Below the pieces are notes generated by a model that saw only the letters and a list, made by a program, of their open reading frames with translations, had not been told where the DNA came from and did no database searches. DNA of 63,990 nt, filler included, from Welwitschia mirabilis (taxonomy: Eukaryota): NCBI GenBank assembly GCA_051453625.1. It is 5 parts of one record of this genome, joined end to end, with 100 filler letters (N's around TTAATTAATTAA, not from the genome) between each part and the next. Parts side by side here need not be neighbours in the genome. Positions count along the whole stretch, not along the records: positions 61,913 to 63,990 come from JBOZIK010000001.1; 4 more parts are not named here. The stretch is one strand, 5' to 3'. Of this stretch, positions 61,913 to 63,990 are shown piece by piece. Position 1 is the stretch's first letter. Each line of letters starts with the position of its first letter. The translations under genes and the position numbers were made by a program.

Positions 61913-63840
61913 AGTGAATCATAGTTGGCTTTTTATCCACTCCTTGCACTAAGACAACTCCTACTACAAAGTCACTAGCATCACACATAAGTTCAAAAGT
62001 TAACTTCCAATTGGGTGATTGGATAATGGTTGTGTAAGTTAGTTTTTCTTTAAGTTGATTGAATGTGTTGTGACACTCTAAAGTCCAGTCAAAGGAGACG
62101 TCTTCGCTCAAAAGATCACAAAAGGCTTAGAGATTTTACTAAAATCCTTGATGAATCGCATATAATATTCTACATGCCTAAGAATGATCTAATATCTTTT
62201 TGTTTTTATGGAGTTAGTAGGTATGTGATTAAGAAGATCTCAGTCATATCTACCTGAGTTCCTTTCTTAGAGATGATACGTCCTAAAACTAATGCTTTGA
62301 TTTACTATAAGATGGAATTTTTCCCAGTTAAGCACAAGGATTTTTGCTGCATCTTTTGAGGATGTGTTCTAAGTTGTTCAAACAGTGGTTAAACAAGGTT
62401 CCATAAACCAATAAGTGATCCATGAAGATTTCAACACTTGAATCTAATAAGCCAAAGAAGATTTCGAACATGCAACATTGAAAAGTGGCAGGTGCATTGT
62501 ATAGGCCAAAGGGCATTCATTTGTAAGCAAATGTTCCATAGGGGGAAGTAAAGGTGGTTTTGTCTTGATCTTTAGAAGCAATTTCAATCGAATTGTAACC
62601 TAAGTATCCATCCAAAAAATAGTAAAAAGGGTGCCCTGCAAGTTGTTTTAAAATTTCATCTAGGAAAGAAAGAGGATAATTATCTTTTCTAGACATAGCA
62701 TTTAATTTCCTATAATCAATACACATCCTCCATTTTACAGCAGGTCTGGTACGGATAAGTTTATTATGCTCATCAAGGATAAGGGTAATTCCTAATTTCT
62801 TAGCTACGGTATGAGTTGGACCTATCCACTTGCTGTCTGAAATATGGTAGATAATCCCATTATCGAGAAGTTTAATTAACTCGTTTTTAAGAATTTCCCT
62901 CATAGTTAGGTTTATCCTACATTGTGCTTCAATGAATAGTTTGGCATTTTCCTCTAAATAGATATGGTGCATCCAAATACTATGGTCAATGCCTCTAATG
63001 TTAGAAAGGGTTCATTCTATTGCCTGTTTGTTCTTCCTTAAGAGTCTAAGCAATTGATCTTCTTCAGATGGGGTCAAGAAAGCATATTTCATATCATCCG
63101 ATAAGGGTTTAAGTTCTAAGTCAACTTCGTTTTGGGCTATGGGGCATGTTTCTTGAGAGCATTCTGTTTCATGATTTTTGGAAGAATGAGAAGTGGATCC
63201 CTCATTTTCAACAAGGCCTTGTATCCCTTCTATGTACTCTACCCCTTCATCATTCGAAGGCAACTTCATAGCGTTAAAGACGTTTAGCTTCATGGTCATG
63301 TTGCCAAATGAAATTTTCATTAATCCATTCCTGCATTGATTAAGGCATTTGAGGTTGCNNNNNNNNNNAGAATGGTCTTCCTCATAGGACAGGCACCGTT
63401 TGGTTTCATGATTTCTCTATGTCTAAGACCAGAAAATCTACTGGAAAGTAACAACTATCCACTCTATGACATCCTCGATGACTCCTAACGGTGTTTTAAT
63501 AGAGTTATCCGCTAATTGGAATTGAAGTTTTGTGTTTTTGAGTCCTTTCAAGCCTAACTCCTTAGAGGTTTTATAAGGGAATAAGTTTACACTGGCTCCT
63601 AAATCTAACAAGGCTTAGTTGAGAGTTGTATTGCCTATGGTAATGGTAATTATAGGATACCCAAGGTCTTTGTCAAGCTAAAAAGGCTTTAGATTTAACA
63701 TTTATTCACCTTTTTATAGTACATAAGTCCTTAAGGAATTTAGCATAGGAAGGGACCTGCTTGATGGCTTCTAAAAGGGAAATGTTTATTTTAACTTCTT
63801 TGAAAATTTCTAAGGCCTCTAATTACTTTTTCATTATGTT
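61913..63840 (-). mobile_element. Degenerate Athila-like gypsy gag end, PR, RT and RH
   Basis: LLDLGASVNL, WRMCIDYRKLNA, FLDGYLGY, MPFGLYNAPATF and FELMCDASDFVVG. Confidence 0.92.
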
Positions 63841-63990
63841 TTCTGTTAGAATTCCAAAGTTAATTAATTAGGGTATTTTTTGTAAATAATGTAATTAGTT
63901 TTCTTTTTTCAGTAGAATACTTAGTGGTTAGGATTCTTTCCTATTTTGTAGTTGTGATCAATCCCCTTAATTAGGTTAGTTTCCTTTCTA

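Overview
AT-rich, repeat-dense land-plant nuclear DNA from a draft assembly. It has N gaps and four artificial 100-bp 44N-TTAATTAATTAA-44N joins. The only host gene is a + strand multi-exon ATG1/ULK autophagy kinase (CDS 9805-19508, 14 visible exons). It has intact kinase motifs, a candidate ATG8-interacting motif and one probable GC-AG intron, and at least one exon is probably hidden in a gap. Everything else is decayed, nested retroelements. These include Ty1/copia elements (Tork-like and Sirevirus-like, one with an extra 3' ORF), Athila/Tat-like Ty3/gypsy elements and solo LTRs. There are also at least three copies of a non-L1-type LINE (RRM-type ORF1, APE, RT, C-terminal CCHC), two copies of a ~200-bp tRNA-derived SINE with clean target-site duplications, and a ~307-bp TRIM. 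A duplicated Athila+Sirevirus composite occupies 45-61 kb. I found no evidence for a new biochemical system. The most novel-looking items are the SINE, TRIM and LINE families. Coordinates were counted by hand, and transposon boundaries are approximate unless a TSD or TG..CA end is cited.
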